From: Heptranchias perlo
Lineage: Eukaryota
DNA length: 64,000 nt
NCBI RefSeq assembly: GCF_035084215.1
Contig: NC_090331.1
Location: 72,292,001 to 72,356,000 of the forward strand
Direction: 5' to 3'
Shown here: positions 61,624-64,000 of the stretch, piece after piece
Numbering within the stretch: the first letter of the stretch is position 1
Layout: each line of letters begins with the position of its first letter
Translations under genes and position numbers: made by a program
The notes under the pieces: model-generated
What the model was told of the DNA's origin: nothing
What the model saw: only the letters and a program-made list of their open reading frames with translations
Database searches by the model: none

Positions 61624-64000
61624 TCTAAGGATTTTGGGCCTTTGGTCAAACCCCATTTACTCTTTTGAACTAATTGACGATTCAACATAAAGAGTTAACT
61701 AGTCCCTTTAAGGATTTGGACATTCACTTGGATTCAGTCTCTCTTCTTCCGTTACAAGCTGGAGAATTTTTCTTTAGATTGTGTGTTTATTGCTTTACTT
61801 GTTTGAAATCAGTTCAACCATTGACAAAACATTCTTCTTCATGTGATTACATCTCAAAAACACAAAGAGAAGGGCTTGGAGTTGGAAATTCCAAATCCAG
61901 CTGTTCTGTGTACATCAGTGTGTGAGATAGACAGGGTTAATTTCAGACAGGCTGCTCGCAAAAAGGAGAGAGCCAGACCTTGGAAGATCAGACAGAAAAG
62001 CTTGCCTGTCTCTCCCGTGTTTTTTGTTGACATATTTTGTTGGGATCCATTGAAATTTAGTGCGATTGTCGCAGTGCTTTAGTCAAGTGTATAAAATTTT
62101 TAAGTTTCTTAATTTCAGTTCGTTCCCCCGGTGATAGAAGGAAATCTGATGTATTCACGGAGAAAAGTAACAGTGTAAGGTGGCCAACCACAACCACCAC
62201 GAAGGTCCAATAAAGGCACCTGAAGGAAATCAGAAAGCAAATTAATTGGCTAAGAAAGGGGGGATGGGGGAATGGATTGAGAGCGAGTAGAAATGTTTCC
62301 CCCAATGGAAAATAATCAGCCTGAGAAATTGCCCAACCCAATCAATTTGAAACAATTACAAATTGAAAATCCTGAAATAAATGCAGTCTTGGTGATGCTA
62401 GAAAAGAAAGAAAGTCCAAGGGGAGAATATGATAATCAACCCGAATTAAAGGTGAAAGATGGGATCCTGCTGTATGACCAAAAGTGGGTGGTACCACAGA
62501 ATGAGTGAAATGCTTTTCTTTACCAAGCCCAGGACACACCCACTTCAGGACACCCCGGGGAACATTAGAGAGGCTCCAGCATGGAATGAAAAGCCAGGTG
62601 GAGCATTATTGTCAAAACTGTTTAATTTGTGTACAGCACAATCCGGATACGAATATCACGAAGGCACTGTTACACCACACCCGGCCGACAGCTGGCCCTT
62701 GGACCAATCTACAGATGTAATCAGTATATAGTGGTAGTCATAGACACATTATCAAAGTGAGTAGAAAAGCTTCCAACCGCCAATGCAACAGCACAGGCCC
62801 CTGCTAAAATACTGGTGAACCACATATTCACCAGATGGGGACTCCCAAAGTCCATCGACTCGAACCAAAGCAGTCATTTTATGGGCAGGGGATTGCAAAC
62901 TGCTGGACAGCTGTAGTGATTCGAATCAAGATTCCATATTTCACATAATCCACCCTCACCAGGCATAGTGGAGAGAATGAACCGAACATTAAAAACAACG
63001 TGAAAGAATTTGATTGAGCAATCCCACAAAACATGGGACCAATTGCTGCCCATGGCATTAATGCCTATGAGATCCAGTGAGTCACATACCACCAAGGTTT
63101 CACCCCATGAGATAATGACAGGGCGAGTGATGAGAACCCCTGGTTATTTGATGTAACAGGATATGTCTGAGCCTCAGTATCAGGCCTTGACTCAGGAGCG
63201 GAATATTAACGAATTACATGACCAGATGCGACAAACAATGGTCTTTGGAGCCGTTAATATTGGACAGTCTAAAAAGGCCAACAAAATGTATTTTGACACC
63301 AAAGTCAAAGCAGTAGAATGGGATGTGGGACAGACAGTGATGGTAAAAACACACCAATCAGCAGGGCCATTCGCGGCTCGCTTTTCTGGACCATATCCCA
63401 TTGAGGATAAAGCTCGTCCATCTGTGTAAAAAGAAAAAGGGAAAAGGAAAATAGTTCCATGTTAACCAACTAAAAGATTACAAGTGAAAGTATATAATGT
63501 AATGAGCCCGATGGAGGAAGAGGTTACTCACCGCCCTCCTGTGCTGTGGGATGAGCAGGATGACAACATATTACACCCACCTGTGGGAGGACAGAGAGCC
63601 CCAGTCCAAGGCGACTGAGACAAAGGCCAGTCCGTCTGCCTGATAGGTACACTCCTCCACGGGAGTAGAGACAAAAACAGTTACGATATGTAAATTGCAG
63701 AAGACATTTACACAAAACCAAATAAAGTCGATCACAAAAATTAATACGATATTAACAAAGAGCAGATATTATCCGTACGATTTGTTTCAACCTAGGTCCT
63801 GACTTAAGACCAACATCGAGAAAGGTCAACGAAACATCATCAGGCATGTAATTGCTGTATATATGTTAATATTAGACGTGCAACAATCTCCCACCATCAA
63901 CATCCGAGGGGGTCACCATTAACCAGAAACTTAATTGGACCAGCATACTTAAATACTGTGGCTACAAGAGCAGGTCAGAGGCTGGATATTTTGCGGCAAT
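61624..64000 (+). mobile_element. Endogenous retrovirus, unit E (truncated by the window edge), with the shared LINE insertion from 63874
   Basis: Collinear with unit D, including the same integrase deletion and the same LINE junction GTTAATATT|AGACGTG. Confidence 0.88.

Overview
Vertebrate genomic DNA, almost certainly a cartilaginous fish (shark-type gamma-crystallins, SacSINE1-like DeuSINE, HER1/HE1-type CR1 tails). The window is a head-to-tail tandem array of minus-strand, three-exon gamma-crystallin genes resembling shark gamma-crystallin S-1. Five are intact 175-aa genes (A 10838-12402, B 22448-24012, C 34058-35622, D 48642-50206, E 59615-61179). A sixth copy (1940-2199) has exon 2 cut by a CR1 LINE. 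Every copy appears to use a non-canonical GC-AG first intron. A, B and C lie in an almost perfect 11,610-bp tandem repeat and encode identical proteins; D and E are older, diverged paralogues. Each repeat unit also carries the same decayed env-bearing endogenous retrovirus (LTR, RNase H, integrase, env, PPT, LTR; CTTG target-site duplication) nested in an old CR1. Its env reconstructs as signal peptide, Ig-like domain, RRRR cleavage site, fusion peptide/heptad and TM, an unusual short-N-subunit layout. Harbinger-type MITEs, a Harbinger Myb/SANT fragment, SINEs and unit-specific LINE insertions record the duplication history. Family names come from motif recognition only; no database searches were run.
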